From: an uncultured Anaerolineaceae bacterium
GTDB lineage: Bacteria; Chloroflexota; Limnocylindria; Limnocylindrales; CSP1-4
Direction: 5' to 3'
NCBI GenBank assembly: GCA_964518505.1
Contig: CAZFGT010000004.1
Coordinates: 29,114 to 93,113 of the forward strand
Length of the DNA stretch: 64,000 nucleotides
The notes below the pieces were generated by a model. That model was given only the letters and a program-made list of their open reading frames with translations, searched no databases and was not told the origin of the DNA. Position 1 is the first letter of the stretch, and the number at the start of each line of letters is the position of its first letter. A program made the position numbers and the translations under genes. Below are positions 26,631 through 35,370 of the stretch, in pieces.

Positions 26631-28391
26631 CTAGAGCTGGACCACCACCGGGAAGACCATCGGGCGACGCTTGGTCCGCTCGTACAGGAAGCGCGACAGG
26701 CCGTCCTTGATCATCGTCTTCATCAGGCCGACCTCGCTGATGTGGTCGCCCGGCGTGAGCAACGCTTCGCGTACGCGGTCCGCCGCGGCGGCGATGAGGG
26801 GGTCGTCTGGCGTGGCCAGGAAGCCGGTGGTGATGATCTCCGGCCGTCCCACGAGGGTGCCGCTCTGCTTGTCCACCGTCACGACCACCAGGAACATGCC
26901 GTCGCTGGCCAGGGCACGGCGGTCGCGTAGCACGACATCACCCACCTCCCCCACCGACAGGCCGTCCACGTAGACGTAGCCGGCGGCCACCGGCACGCCA
27001 CGTCGCGCCGTGCCGTCGGGCAGGAACTCGATGGGCTGGCCGTTCTCGATGATGAAGATGCGGTCGGGCGGAACGCCCGTCTCGGCCGCCAGGCGCCCGT
27101 GCTGTACGAGCATGCGGAACTCGCCGTGCATGGGGATGAAGGCCCGCGGCTTGGTCAGGCCCAGCATCAGCTTGAGCTCTTCCTGGCTGCCATGGCCCGA
27201 CACGTGGGCCCGCTTGATGGCGTGGTAGAAGACGTTGGCGCCGTTCTTGAAGAGGTTGTCGATGGTGCGCGAGACCTCTTCCTCGTTGCCCGGGATGGGG
27301 CTGGCACTAACGATGACGGTGTCACCCGGCCCGATCTCCACCCAGCGGTGGTCACGGTTGGCCATGCGCGCCAGGCCGGCCATGGGCTCACCCTGGGCGC
27401 CGGTCGTGCAGATCGTGAGCTGGGCGTCCGGGACGTCCTTGATGCGGTCCTTGGGCACGACCATGGCCGGGTCGTAGCGCAGGTAGCCCAGGTCGGTGGC
27501 GATGCGGAAGTTCTGCTCCATCGACCGGCCGATGACGGCCACCTTGCGGCCGAAGCTGGCGGAGGCGTCAAGGACCTGCTGGACGCGCGCGATGTTGCTG
27601 GCGAAGGTGGCCACGATGACGCGCCCGTCGAGCGGTTCCATGATCTCGCGGAAGGCCTCGCCGACGGTCCGCTCGGAGGGGGTGTACCCGGGGTTCTCCG
27701 CCCGCGTCGAGTCCGACAGGAGGCACAGGACGCCCTCGGCGCCCAGGCGCGCCAGCAGCGCGAAGTCGGACAGTTTGCCGTCGACCGGCGTGTGGTCGAA
27801 CTTGAAGTCGCCGGTGTGGACGACGGTGCCGAGCGGCGTGCGCAGGGCGATGCCCATCGCATCGGGGATCGAGTGGCCGATACGGAAGGCGGTCGCCTGG
27901 AACGCGCCAAGGTCGATCGTGTCGCCCGCCTCCATGGCCCGGATGGGGTTGTTGGTGAGGTGGTGTTCCTTGATCTTGTTGCCCAGCAGGCCGCGGGCCA
28001 GGGTGGAGGCGTAGACAGGCACCCCGGGGAAGTCGGGCAGGATGTACGGCAGCCCGCCGACGTGGTCCTCGTGGGCGTGGGTGATGAGGAACGCCTTGAC
28101 GTGGTCCCGCCGCTCGCGCAGGTACGTCACGTCCGGCACGACCAGGTCGATGCCGAACATCTCCTCGTCGGGGAACATCAGGCCGCAGTCGATGACCACG
28201 ATCTCGTCCCCGTACTCGAAGACGTACATGTTCTTGCCGATCTCGCCGACCCCGCCGAGCGGGATGATGCGCAGCGGCGTGCCGCCGCCGTCCACCGGTG
28301 CGACGGTGGCCCGGGCGACCGCGGCCGGCCGTGTCCCGCCCGTCGCCGAGGCACGCCTGGCGCGCCCGGCCGTCCTGCTCCGATCGGCCAT
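26631..28391 (-). CDS. rnj: Ribonuclease J (metallo-beta-lactamase/beta-CASP)
   Basis: PLRIIPLGGVGEIGKNMYVFEY..., HAHEDHVGG..., FASNIARVQQV.... True start at Met-302 of the ORF-track call, ATG 28391, overlapping the UDG stop by 1 nt. Confidence 0.9.
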   Translation of the reverse strand: MADRSRTAGRARRASATGGTRPAAVARATVAPVDGGGTPLRIIPLGGVGEIGKNMYVFEYGDEIVVIDCGLMFPDEEMFGIDLVVPDVTYLRERRDHVKAFLITHAHEDHVGGLPYILPDFPGVPVYASTLARGLLGNKIKEHHLTNNPIRAMEAGDTIDLGAFQATAFRIGHSIPDAMGIALRTPLGTVVHTGDFKFDHTPVDGKLSDFALLARLGAEGVLCLLSDSTRAENPGYTPSERTVGEAFREIMEPLDGRVIVATFASNIARVQQVLDASASFGRKVAVIGRSMEQNFRIATDLGYLRYDPAMVVPKDRIKDVPDAQLTICTTGAQGEPMAGLARMANRDHRWVEIGPGDTVIVSASPIPGNEEEVSRTIDNLFKNGANVFYHAIKRAHVSGHGSQEELKLMLGLTKPRAFIPMHGEFRMLVQHGRLAAETGVPPDRIFIIENGQPIEFLPDGTARRGVPVAAGYVYVDGLSVGEVGDVVLRDRRALASDGMFLVVVTVDKQSGTLVGRPEIITTGFLATPDDPLIAAAADRVREALLTPGDHISEVGLMKTMIKDGLSRFLYERTKRRPMVFPVVVQL

Positions 28392-29143
28392 CAGAAGAAC
28401 CCCATCTGGTCGGGGTCGAGGGGCTCGGGTCCGGCGGCCCCCTGGGCGGTGATGGCGGCCAGCTCGACCGGGCCGACCTCCGGCACTTCCGGGGCGTCGG
28501 GTGGGTCGGTGACCTGCGCGGTCGGGGTCGCCGGCGCGGCGTGGACCGCCCGACGGGAGCGGCTGTCGATGAGCACCGTGGGCAGCATGGCCATATCCTC
28601 GAAGAGCGTGTCGCGCAACGCGGCCTGGCGGAACGCCGCCGCGGGGTGGTACATGGCGAACGCGGACGCGTCCGGCGCACCCGTCGCCGGGTCGATGGGC
28701 CGCGCCGTGCCGTGAGCCGCCCCGATGCGGGCTCCCGGCATGAACGTGCCGAGGGAGAAGCGGCCCAGGGTCACCACGACCGCCGGATCCAGCGCGGTCA
28801 GCTGCCGCGCCAGGTACGGGGCACAGGCGGCCATCTCGTCGGGCTCCGGGTCGCGGTTGCCGGGCGGCCGGCACTTGACGACGTTGGTGATGAAGACCTC
28901 GTCGCGCCGCCAGCCGATCGAGCGGAGCAGGTCGGTCAGGAGGCCACCGGCGGCACCCACGAATGGCCGCCCTTGCTCGTCTTCGTGCTGTCCCGGTCCC
29001 TCGCCCACGAAGACCACCTCGGTGTCGGCGCTGCCCTCCCCCGGCACGGCGCGCGTGCGGCCGGTCGCGAGCCGGCAACGGGTGCAGCTCCGGACCTCGT
29101 CGTCGATGGCCGCCAGGGCTGCGCGTCGCTCCTCGCCCGTCAC
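28391..29143 (-). CDS. Uracil-DNA glycosylase, family 4
   Basis: GEGPGQHEDEQGRPFVGAAGGLLTDLL and HPAA motifs of the family-4 UDG type; GTG start overlaps the asd stop (GTGA). Confidence 0.75.
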   Translation of the reverse strand: MTGEERRAALAAIDDEVRSCTRCRLATGRTRAVPGEGSADTEVVFVGEGPGQHEDEQGRPFVGAAGGLLTDLLRSIGWRRDEVFITNVVKCRPPGNRDPEPDEMAACAPYLARQLTALDPAVVVTLGRFSLGTFMPGARIGAAHGTARPIDPATGAPDASAFAMYHPAAAFRQAALRDTLFEDMAMLPTVLIDSRSRRAVHAAPATPTAQVTDPPDAPEVPEVGPVELAAITAQGAAGPEPLDPDQMGFF

Positions 29144-30207
29144 GCCGCGCGCCCGGTACGGCGCGACGCGGGCGCGAGCCACCCGCGGGCGGCCACCAAC
29201 TCGGCGATCTGGACGGCGTTGGTGGCGGCGCCCTTGCGCAGGTTGTCGCTGACGACCCAGAACGCGAGGCCGCGGCCGTCGGCGACCGACACATCGCGCC
29301 TGACCCGGCCCACGAAGATCTGGTCCTTGCCGGCAGCGTCGGTCGCCAGCGGGTAGCGGGATGCGGTCGGCTCGTCGACGACGATCACGCCGGGCACGGC
29401 GGCGAAGGCCTCGCGCGCCTGTTCCGGGCTGAGCGGATCGCGCAGCTCCACATGCACGGCCTCTGAATGGCCGGTGAAGACCGGCACGCGAACGGCGGTG
29501 CAGGACAGGCGCAACTCCGGCAGGTGCAGGATCTTGCGGCTCTCGTGGATGACCTTCCACTCCTCGCGCGTGTAGCCGTCGTCCAGGAAGACGTCGACCT
29601 GCGGCAGGACATTGAAGGCGATGGCATGGGGGTAGACGGACGCCGTGATGGCCTCGCCGGCGACGTGTGCCTCGACCTGCGCCTGGAGCTCAGCCACCGC
29701 CTTGTGGCCGGAGCCGCTCACCGCCTGGTACGTGTCGACCACGACCCGCTCCAGGCCCGCCGCGTCGCGCAGCGCCGCGAGGAGCGGCACCAGCTGCATG
29801 GTCGAGCAGTTGGGGTTGGCGATGATGCCTTCATGGCTCGCGGCGTCCGCCGCGTTGACCTCCGGTACCACCAGCGGGACGCCGGGTTCCATGCGCCACC
29901 GCGACGAGTTGTCGATGACCACCGCGCCGGCCTCCGCAGCGGCGGGCGCGAGCGTCCCGGAGGCGGTGGCGCCGGCCGAGAAGAGGGCGATGTCGACGCC
30001 CTCGAAGGATTCGGGGCGGGCTTCCTCGACGGTGAGGCGATGGCCGGCGATGACCAGCGTCGAACCGGCCGAACGGGCGGACGCCAGCGGCCGGAGCGTG
30101 GCGTAGGGGAAGGCGCGTTCGATGAGGACCTGGAGCATCGTCCGGCCCACGGCGCCCGTGGCGCCGACGACGGCGACGGTCAGGGGTCCGGATGAGTGGG
30201 TGGGCAT
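29140..30207 (-). CDS. asd: Aspartate-semialdehyde dehydrogenase
   Basis: VAVVGATGAVGRTML..., active-site NPNCSTMQL.... Confidence 0.9.
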   Translation of the reverse strand: MPTHSSGPLTVAVVGATGAVGRTMLQVLIERAFPYATLRPLASARSAGSTLVIAGHRLTVEEARPESFEGVDIALFSAGATASGTLAPAAAEAGAVVIDNSSRWRMEPGVPLVVPEVNAADAASHEGIIANPNCSTMQLVPLLAALRDAAGLERVVVDTYQAVSGSGHKAVAELQAQVEAHVAGEAITASVYPHAIAFNVLPQVDVFLDDGYTREEWKVIHESRKILHLPELRLSCTAVRVPVFTGHSEAVHVELRDPLSPEQAREAFAAVPGVIVVDEPTASRYPLATDAAGKDQIFVGRVRRDVSVADGRGLAFWVVSDNLRKGAATNAVQIAELVAARGWLAPASRRTGRAA

Positions 30208-30226
30208 GACCGGCGGCGATGATACA

Positions 30227-30256
30227 CCGCGGCCGCCGGTCTCCCGACGGCCGCGG
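30227..30256 (-). terminator. GC-rich hairpin (CCGCGGCCG/CGGCCGCGG) downstream of pnp
   Basis: 9-bp perfect stem, 12-nt loop, 26 nt after the pnp stop. Confidence 0.3.
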
Positions 30257-30281
30257 ATGGGTTGACGAGGGTTCGAGGCGG

Positions 30282-32879
30282 TCAGCTGACCGTCGCTTCG
30301 CGAGCCAGGTGGCGCTGCATGGCCGCCTTGCGGGACAGGTTGACGCGACCCTGGCGGTCGATCTCGGTGACCACCACCATGATCTCGTCACCCACGGCCA
30401 CGACATCCTCCACGCTCGGCACGTGGTAATCGGCCAGTTCGCCGATGCGGACGAGGCCTTCCTTGCCGGGCAGGATCTCCACGAAGGCGCCGAAGGTCAT
30501 GAGGCGGGTCACCTTGCCCATGTAGAGGGCGCCGATCTCCACCTCGCGGGTGAGGCTCTGGATCCACTCGATGGCCTTCTTGGCGTTGTCCTGGTTGACG
30601 GCGGACACCTCGACCGAGCCGTCGTCCTCGACGTTGATCTCGGTCCCCGTCTCTTCCTGGATGCGCCGGATCATCGAGCCACCCTTGCCGATGATCTCGC
30701 GGATCTTCTCGGGGTTGATCTTGATGGTCGTGATGCGCGGGGCGAACGAACTGACGTCCGTGCGCGCCTCGGGGATGACGTCCACCATCTTGTCCAGGAT
30801 GGCCAGGCGGGCCACCCGGGCCTTCTCGAGACCGGTCCGGATGATCGCCTCGTTGATGCCCTGGACCTTGATGTCCATCTGCAGCGCGGTGATGCCGACG
30901 CGGGTGCCGGTGACCTTGAAGTCCATGTCACCGAACGCGTCTTCCTTGCCCAGGATGTCGGTCAGCACGGCGAACTTGCCGTCGGCCTCGCTGACGAGGC
31001 CCATGGCCGCGCCGGCCACCGGGGCGGTGATGGGCACGCCGGCATCCATCAGGGCCAGCGTGGAGCCGCAGGTGGAGGCCATCGAGGTGGACCCATTGGA
31101 GGTCACGCACTCGCTGACCAGGCGGATGACGTAGGGGAAATCACGCTCGGACGGCAGGACCGGGATGAGGGCCCGCTCGGCGAGCGCGCCATGGCCGATC
31201 TCGCGCCGTCCCGGACCGCGCATCGGCTTGTTCTCGCCGGTGCTGTAGGGCGGCATGTTGTAGTGGTGGATGTAGCGCTTGGAGATCTCGGGGCTGATCG
31301 TGTCGATGCGCTGCACGTCCGATGAGGGACCCAGCGTGGCCACGGTCAGGGCCTGGGTGTCGCCGCGGGTGAAGAGGGCCGAGCCGTGGGCGCGGGGCAG
31401 GAGCCCCACTTCCACGGTGATGGGCCGGATGGTGTCGAGGTCGCGGCCGTCCATGCGCACCCCTTCGGTGAGCACGAGGTGGCGCACGGTCTTCTTGTGC
31501 AGCAGGGTGGTCAGCGACTTGCTGAGCCGCGAGGTGCGGCGGGCCTTCTCCAGGGCCGCGTCGGCCTCGGCCGGCGGGGTGCCCTTGGCCCGTGCGTGGA
31601 TGGTCTCGGCGACGGCCTTCTTGAAGGCGTCGGCACGCACCGGCAGATCCTTGGCCAGCAGGAGCAGGAGCTCTGCGGTGGCCTCGGCGTCGGGCAGGGC
31701 GCGGTGGTTCGGTCGCGGCTCGAGGCCGAAGAAGGCGGTCAGGTCGGCCAGCTTGAAGACATCCTGGTCGGGCCAGGCCTCGCGGGCCAGCGTGAGCGTG
31801 TCCAGGTAGCGGCCCTGCTCGATGCGGGTGCCGTCACCAAGGGCCGCTTCGACGAAGCCCAGGTCGAACCCGACGTTGTGACCGACGAGCGTGGCGTCAC
31901 CGGCCCAGGCCAGGAACTGCCGGGCCGCCTCGGCGGGGGCCGGAGCGCCCTTGACGTCCTTGTCGGTCAGGCCGTGGAGCTGGTGGCCCACGATGGGCTG
32001 GCCGGGGTTGACGAGGGTGGACCAGCGGTCGGCGATCTTGCCGCCGTGGACCTTCACCGCGGCGATCTCGACGAGGCTGCCGATCTTGGCGTCGCGGCTG
32101 GTGGTCTCCACGTCGAACACGACGAACGGCTTCTTGGCCGCCATGTCGTCCAGGAACGTGAGCACCGAGTCGGTGCCCGGCTCCAGGTACGGGATGCGCT
32201 TGGCCTTGCCGAGCTCGCGCTGGAGCTGCAGCTGCAGGTCGATGATGGGGGCGAGCGAGCGGTGGCCGAAGAGGATGGCCTCGGCCATGACGGCCTCGGG
32301 CAGGATCTTGGCCCCGGCCTCCACCATCATGATGGCGTCGCGCGTGCCGGAGACGATGAGGTCCAGCTCGGACTCGGCCAGCTGGCTGTAGGTGGGATTG
32401 AGCACGAACTCGCCGTTGATGCGCCCGATCCGGGCGGCGGCGATCGGTCCCTGGAACGGGACGTCGCTGATGGTCAGGGCCGCCGACGCGGCGATCGTGC
32501 CGATGATATCGGGGTCGTTCTCCTGGTCCGTCGAGAGGACGGTCACCACGACCTGCACGTCATCCTTGTAGCCCTCGGGGAAGAGCGGCCGGATGGGGCG
32601 GTCGGTCAGGCGGGCGGCCAGGATGGCCGCCTCTGACGGGCGCGACTCACGCTTGATGAAGCCGCCGGGGATCTTGCCCGCGGCGTACATGCGCTCCTCG
32701 AAGTCCACCGTCAGGGGGAAGAAGTCGAGGCCCGGGCGCGGATCCGACCGGTTGGCCGTCCCCAGCACCATGGTGTCGCCGTAGCGGACGGTCACGGAGC
32801 CGCCGGCGAGCCGGGCGAGACGCCCGGATTCGATGGTCAGCGTACGTCCGCCGACCTCGGTCGAGAGTGTGACTGGCAT
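30282..32879 (-). CDS. pnp: Polyribonucleotide nucleotidyltransferase (PNPase) with inserted DnaQ-like DEDDh 3'-5' exonuclease domain
   Basis: 865 aa with RNase PH-1, RNase PH-2 (...RPITVEVGLLPRAHGSALFTRGDTQALTVATLG...), KH (...IREIIGKGGSMIRRIQEETG...) and S1 domains. In the alpha-helical linker, ~aa 251-412 encode Exo I FVVFDVETT, Exo II LVGHNVGFDLGFV and Exo III HRALPDAEATAELL. Confidence 0.9.
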   Translation of the reverse strand: MPVTLSTEVGGRTLTIESGRLARLAGGSVTVRYGDTMVLGTANRSDPRPGLDFFPLTVDFEERMYAAGKIPGGFIKRESRPSEAAILAARLTDRPIRPLFPEGYKDDVQVVVTVLSTDQENDPDIIGTIAASAALTISDVPFQGPIAAARIGRINGEFVLNPTYSQLAESELDLIVSGTRDAIMMVEAGAKILPEAVMAEAILFGHRSLAPIIDLQLQLQRELGKAKRIPYLEPGTDSVLTFLDDMAAKKPFVVFDVETTSRDAKIGSLVEIAAVKVHGGKIADRWSTLVNPGQPIVGHQLHGLTDKDVKGAPAPAEAARQFLAWAGDATLVGHNVGFDLGFVEAALGDGTRIEQGRYLDTLTLAREAWPDQDVFKLADLTAFFGLEPRPNHRALPDAEATAELLLLLAKDLPVRADAFKKAVAETIHARAKGTPPAEADAALEKARRTSRLSKSLTTLLHKKTVRHLVLTEGVRMDGRDLDTIRPITVEVGLLPRAHGSALFTRGDTQALTVATLGPSSDVQRIDTISPEISKRYIHHYNMPPYSTGENKPMRGPGRREIGHGALAERALIPVLPSERDFPYVIRLVSECVTSNGSTSMASTCGSTLALMDAGVPITAPVAGAAMGLVSEADGKFAVLTDILGKEDAFGDMDFKVTGTRVGITALQMDIKVQGINEAIIRTGLEKARVARLAILDKMVDVIPEARTDVSSFAPRITTIKINPEKIREIIGKGGSMIRRIQEETGTEINVEDDGSVEVSAVNQDNAKKAIEWIQSLTREVEIGALYMGKVTRLMTFGAFVEILPGKEGLVRIGELADYHVPSVEDVVAVGDEIMVVVTEIDRQGRVNLSRKAAMQRHLAREATVS

Positions 32880-32882
32880 CAG

Positions 32883-32902
32883 TCCTCCATATGTGGAGGA
32901 CG
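32883..32902 (-). promoter_or_regulatory. Hairpin GUCCUCCA-CAUA-UGGAGGAC sequestering the pnp Shine-Dalgarno
   Basis: Perfect 8-bp inverted repeat. The 3' arm is the GGAGGA SD 5 nt before the pnp ATG, in the rpsO-pnp intergenic region. Confidence 0.35.
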
Positions 32903-32968
32903 GGGTCCTCTGGCGCCTGGGCGTACCCGGGCCATGTGGCAGCGAGGTGCCTCGCGCCGGGTGCTCGC

Positions 32969-33238
32969 CTAGCGGCGAAGGCCCAACCGGCCGATGACCG
33001 CGCGGTAGCGCGTGTTCTCTGTGCGCATCAGGTACGCAAGCAGGCGACGCCGCTGCCCCACGAGTTTGAGGAGGCCGCGCCGCGCCTGGTTGTCCCTGGG
33101 AAATGCCTTCAAATGCTCGTTCAGCTCCTTGATGCGCTCCGTCAGGAGGGCGATCTGGACTTCTGGCGAGCCCGTGTCGCCGTCGTGGACGGCGTACCCG
33201 GTGATGACGGCTTCCTTCGCTTCCCGCGCGAGCGGCAC
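32969..33238 (-). CDS. rpsO: 30S ribosomal protein S15
   Basis: ...[53 protein letters not shown]...; GTG start with GGAGGA RBS. Confidence 0.9.
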   Translation of the reverse strand: MPLAREAKEAVITGYAVHDGDTGSPEVQIALLTERIKELNEHLKAFPRDNQARRGLLKLVGQRRRLLAYLMRTENTRYRAVIGRLGLRR

Positions 33239-33280
33239 CCGATCCTCCGAAAACACAAAACCTCTACGAATGTCGGGCGC

Positions 33281-33291
33281 AGTCTAGCACA
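33281..33291 (-). promoter_or_regulatory. rpsO promoter extended -10 (TGTGCTAGACT)
   Basis: Minus-strand GCCTGTGCTAGACTGCGCC ~40 nt upstream of the rpsO start; the identical 16-mer recurs upstream of rpsB. Confidence 0.4.
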
Positions 33292-33338
33292 GGCGTTCGT
33301 GTCGACCGGCCGGGCACCGTTGGCGCGCTCAAGGAAAT

Positions 33339-33368
33339 GCCCCTGTCCCGCGCTGGCGAGACAGGGGC
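33339..33368 (-). terminator. Hairpin GCCCCUGUC/GACAGGGGC downstream of ribF
   Basis: 9-bp perfect stem, 12-nt loop, followed on the minus strand by AUUUCCUU. Confidence 0.35.
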
Positions 33369-33432
33369 AACGCACTCACCCGGGAGCGTTCGCCCCGAGA
33401 CGTGTCTAGAAACGAGGAACCGGCCGGGAACG

Positions 33433-34383
33433 TTACGGCTGGCGCTGGCTTTGAAGGATGTGCCGCGCGCGCGCCGCGTCCAGGTCCATCTGGGTCACCA
33501 GGGCCGCCGCCGAGGTGAAGCGCCGTTCGCCGCGCTGTCGCCGGACGAACTCCACCCGCAGGCGCCGCCCGTAGAGGTCGGGCGAGACGTCGAACAGGTG
33601 CGCTTCGAGCAGCCGCGACCGCTCCCCGAAGGTGGGCCGCACGCCGAGCGAGGCCACGCCGTCGGCACGATGCCTGGGGTGGAGTGGATCGGGGCCGTCC
33701 CATGACGCCCGGACCGCATAGATGCCATCCGGCGGCAGGGCCACCGGTTGGTCGAAGGCCAGGTTGGCCGTGGGATACCCCAGCTCGCGGCCGCGGCCAT
33801 CGCCGTGCACCACGGTGCCGACGACGGCGAAGCGGCGGCCCAGGAGCGTGCGCGCGGTGGCCAGCCGCCCGCCCGCCACGAGCTCGCGAAGACGTGAATC
33901 CGAGACCCGCGCGCCGCGCAGCACGACCGACGGGACCTCCACCAGGTCGAAGCCGAAGCGCGCCGCGACCGGCGGCAAGGTCTGGAGCGTGCCGCCGCGG
34001 CCCTTGCCGAAGGCCGAGTCGCGGGTCATCAGCAGCGCCACCAGCGGGCCGCCCTGGTCCAGGCGTTCCACGAACGCTTCCGCAGGGGTCGCCGCCACGT
34101 CGCGATCGAAGGGGTAGCGGACGAGGAGATCGACCCCCAGCGAGGCGAAGCGCGCATCCCGCTCCGCCGGGTCGCACAGGAGGAGCGGCGACGCGCCGCG
34201 CAGGACCGCATCGGGATGGGGCGTGAAGGTGACGACGGTGGGAGCCGCCCCGCGAGCCCGTGCCGCCTCCACGAGCATGCCGAGCAGTCGCTGGTGGCCG
34301 CGGTGGACGCTGTCGAAGGCGCCCACGATCACGGCCAGGGGGCGGGCGTCGCGACGCGCCCGCAGGTCGCTGACGATCTCCAC
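33433..34383 (-). CDS. ribF: Bifunctional riboflavin kinase / FMN adenylyltransferase
   Basis: VIVGAFDSVHRGHQRLL... and C-terminal riboflavin kinase ...GYPTANL.... Confidence 0.9.
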   Translation of the reverse strand: MEIVSDLRARRDARPLAVIVGAFDSVHRGHQRLLGMLVEAARARGAAPTVVTFTPHPDAVLRGASPLLLCDPAERDARFASLGVDLLVRYPFDRDVAATPAEAFVERLDQGGPLVALLMTRDSAFGKGRGGTLQTLPPVAARFGFDLVEVPSVVLRGARVSDSRLRELVAGGRLATARTLLGRRFAVVGTVVHGDGRGRELGYPTANLAFDQPVALPPDGIYAVRASWDGPDPLHPRHRADGVASLGVRPTFGERSRLLEAHLFDVSPDLYGRRLRVEFVRRQRGERRFTSAAALVTQMDLDAARARHILQSQRQP

Positions 34384-34386
34384 GCG

Positions 34387-35370
34387 CTACGGTTCCGCCG
34401 CTTCGACCGGGGCGGCCGGCTCGGCCGTGATGAAGACCTTCTCGGGGTGCAGCCGGCCCCCTTCGAAGCGGGCGATCGCCGCCAGCCGTCCGGCCGTATC
34501 GACGATCCGCCAGGGCGTGCCGTGGGCGACGTGCGGGGCTCGTGCTGCGACCTCGGTCGCCACGTCACCGCGCGGCCGGACGACCTGGCCCCTGGCGAGC
34601 GCGGCCATCTCCTCGGGCGGCAACGTGATGGATGGCAGCGCTTCGAGCCCCGTGTCGGGCGGCAGGAGCACCCGCTCGGCGGCACCGCTGGCGAGGGCCT
34701 CGCGGACCGTGTCGAGGGGATGGGCGGTGGCCAGGTCGAAGGCCCCGCTGCGCGTGCGGGTGAGCGCCACGAGGTAGGCGCCGCAGCCCAGGTGCTCGCC
34801 AAGGTCCCGTGCCAGGGCGCGGACGTAGGTCCCGGCGGTGCAGGCGATCTCCAGCACGGCCGTGGGACGTTCCGGATCGCTGGCGTCCCAGGTGGTGAGC
34901 TCAAGGGACGTGATGGTCACGTCACGCGGGGCCAGCACCGGCGTCTCGCCGCCGCGGGCCAGCTCGTACGCGCGGCGGCCCGCGACGTGGACGGCCGAAT
35001 GGCTCGGCGGCACCTGGGCCAGTCGCCCCCGGAAGGCCTCCAGGGCGGCTTCGACCGTCGGGCGGTCCGGGGCGGGCGTGGTGCCGGGGGTCAGCTCGCC
35101 GTCCAGGTCGTCGGTAGTGGAGCGCGCGCCGAACGCGACGGTCGCCCGATAACCCTTGTCGTCCCCCAGGTGGTATTCGACGACGCGGGTGGCGTGGCCA
35201 AGGAAGACGGGCAGGACGCCTGAAGCGAAGGGGTCCAGCGTGCCGCCGTGGCCCACCCGGCGCACGCCGCTGAGGCGCCGGATGAGGGCCACCACGTCGT
35301 GCGAGGTCGGGCCGGCCGGCTTGTCGACGACGATGATGCCGTCGACTTCGACAGTCCCCGTCGTGGTCAC
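34387..35370 (-). CDS. truB: tRNA pseudouridine(55) synthase
   Basis: GIIVVDKPAGPTSHDVVALIRRLSGVRRVGHGGTLDPFASGVL. GTG start overlaps the DHH stop (GTGA); upstream part of the ORF-track call is G/R-rich overlap. Confidence 0.85.
   Translation of the reverse strand: MTTTGTVEVDGIIVVDKPAGPTSHDVVALIRRLSGVRRVGHGGTLDPFASGVLPVFLGHATRVVEYHLGDDKGYRATVAFGARSTTDDLDGELTPGTTPAPDRPTVEAALEAFRGRLAQVPPSHSAVHVAGRRAYELARGGETPVLAPRDVTITSLELTTWDASDPERPTAVLEIACTAGTYVRALARDLGEHLGCGAYLVALTRTRSGAFDLATAHPLDTVREALASGAAERVLLPPDTGLEALPSITLPPEEMAALARGQVVRPRGDVATEVAARAPHVAHGTPWRIVDTAGRLAAIARFEGGRLHPEKVFITAEPAAPVEAAEP

Noticed and set aside
24033-26930. 965-aa plus-strand ORF
   Set aside because: Antisense shadow of ftsK/rnj. 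R/G/A/D-rich, no domain-like segments.
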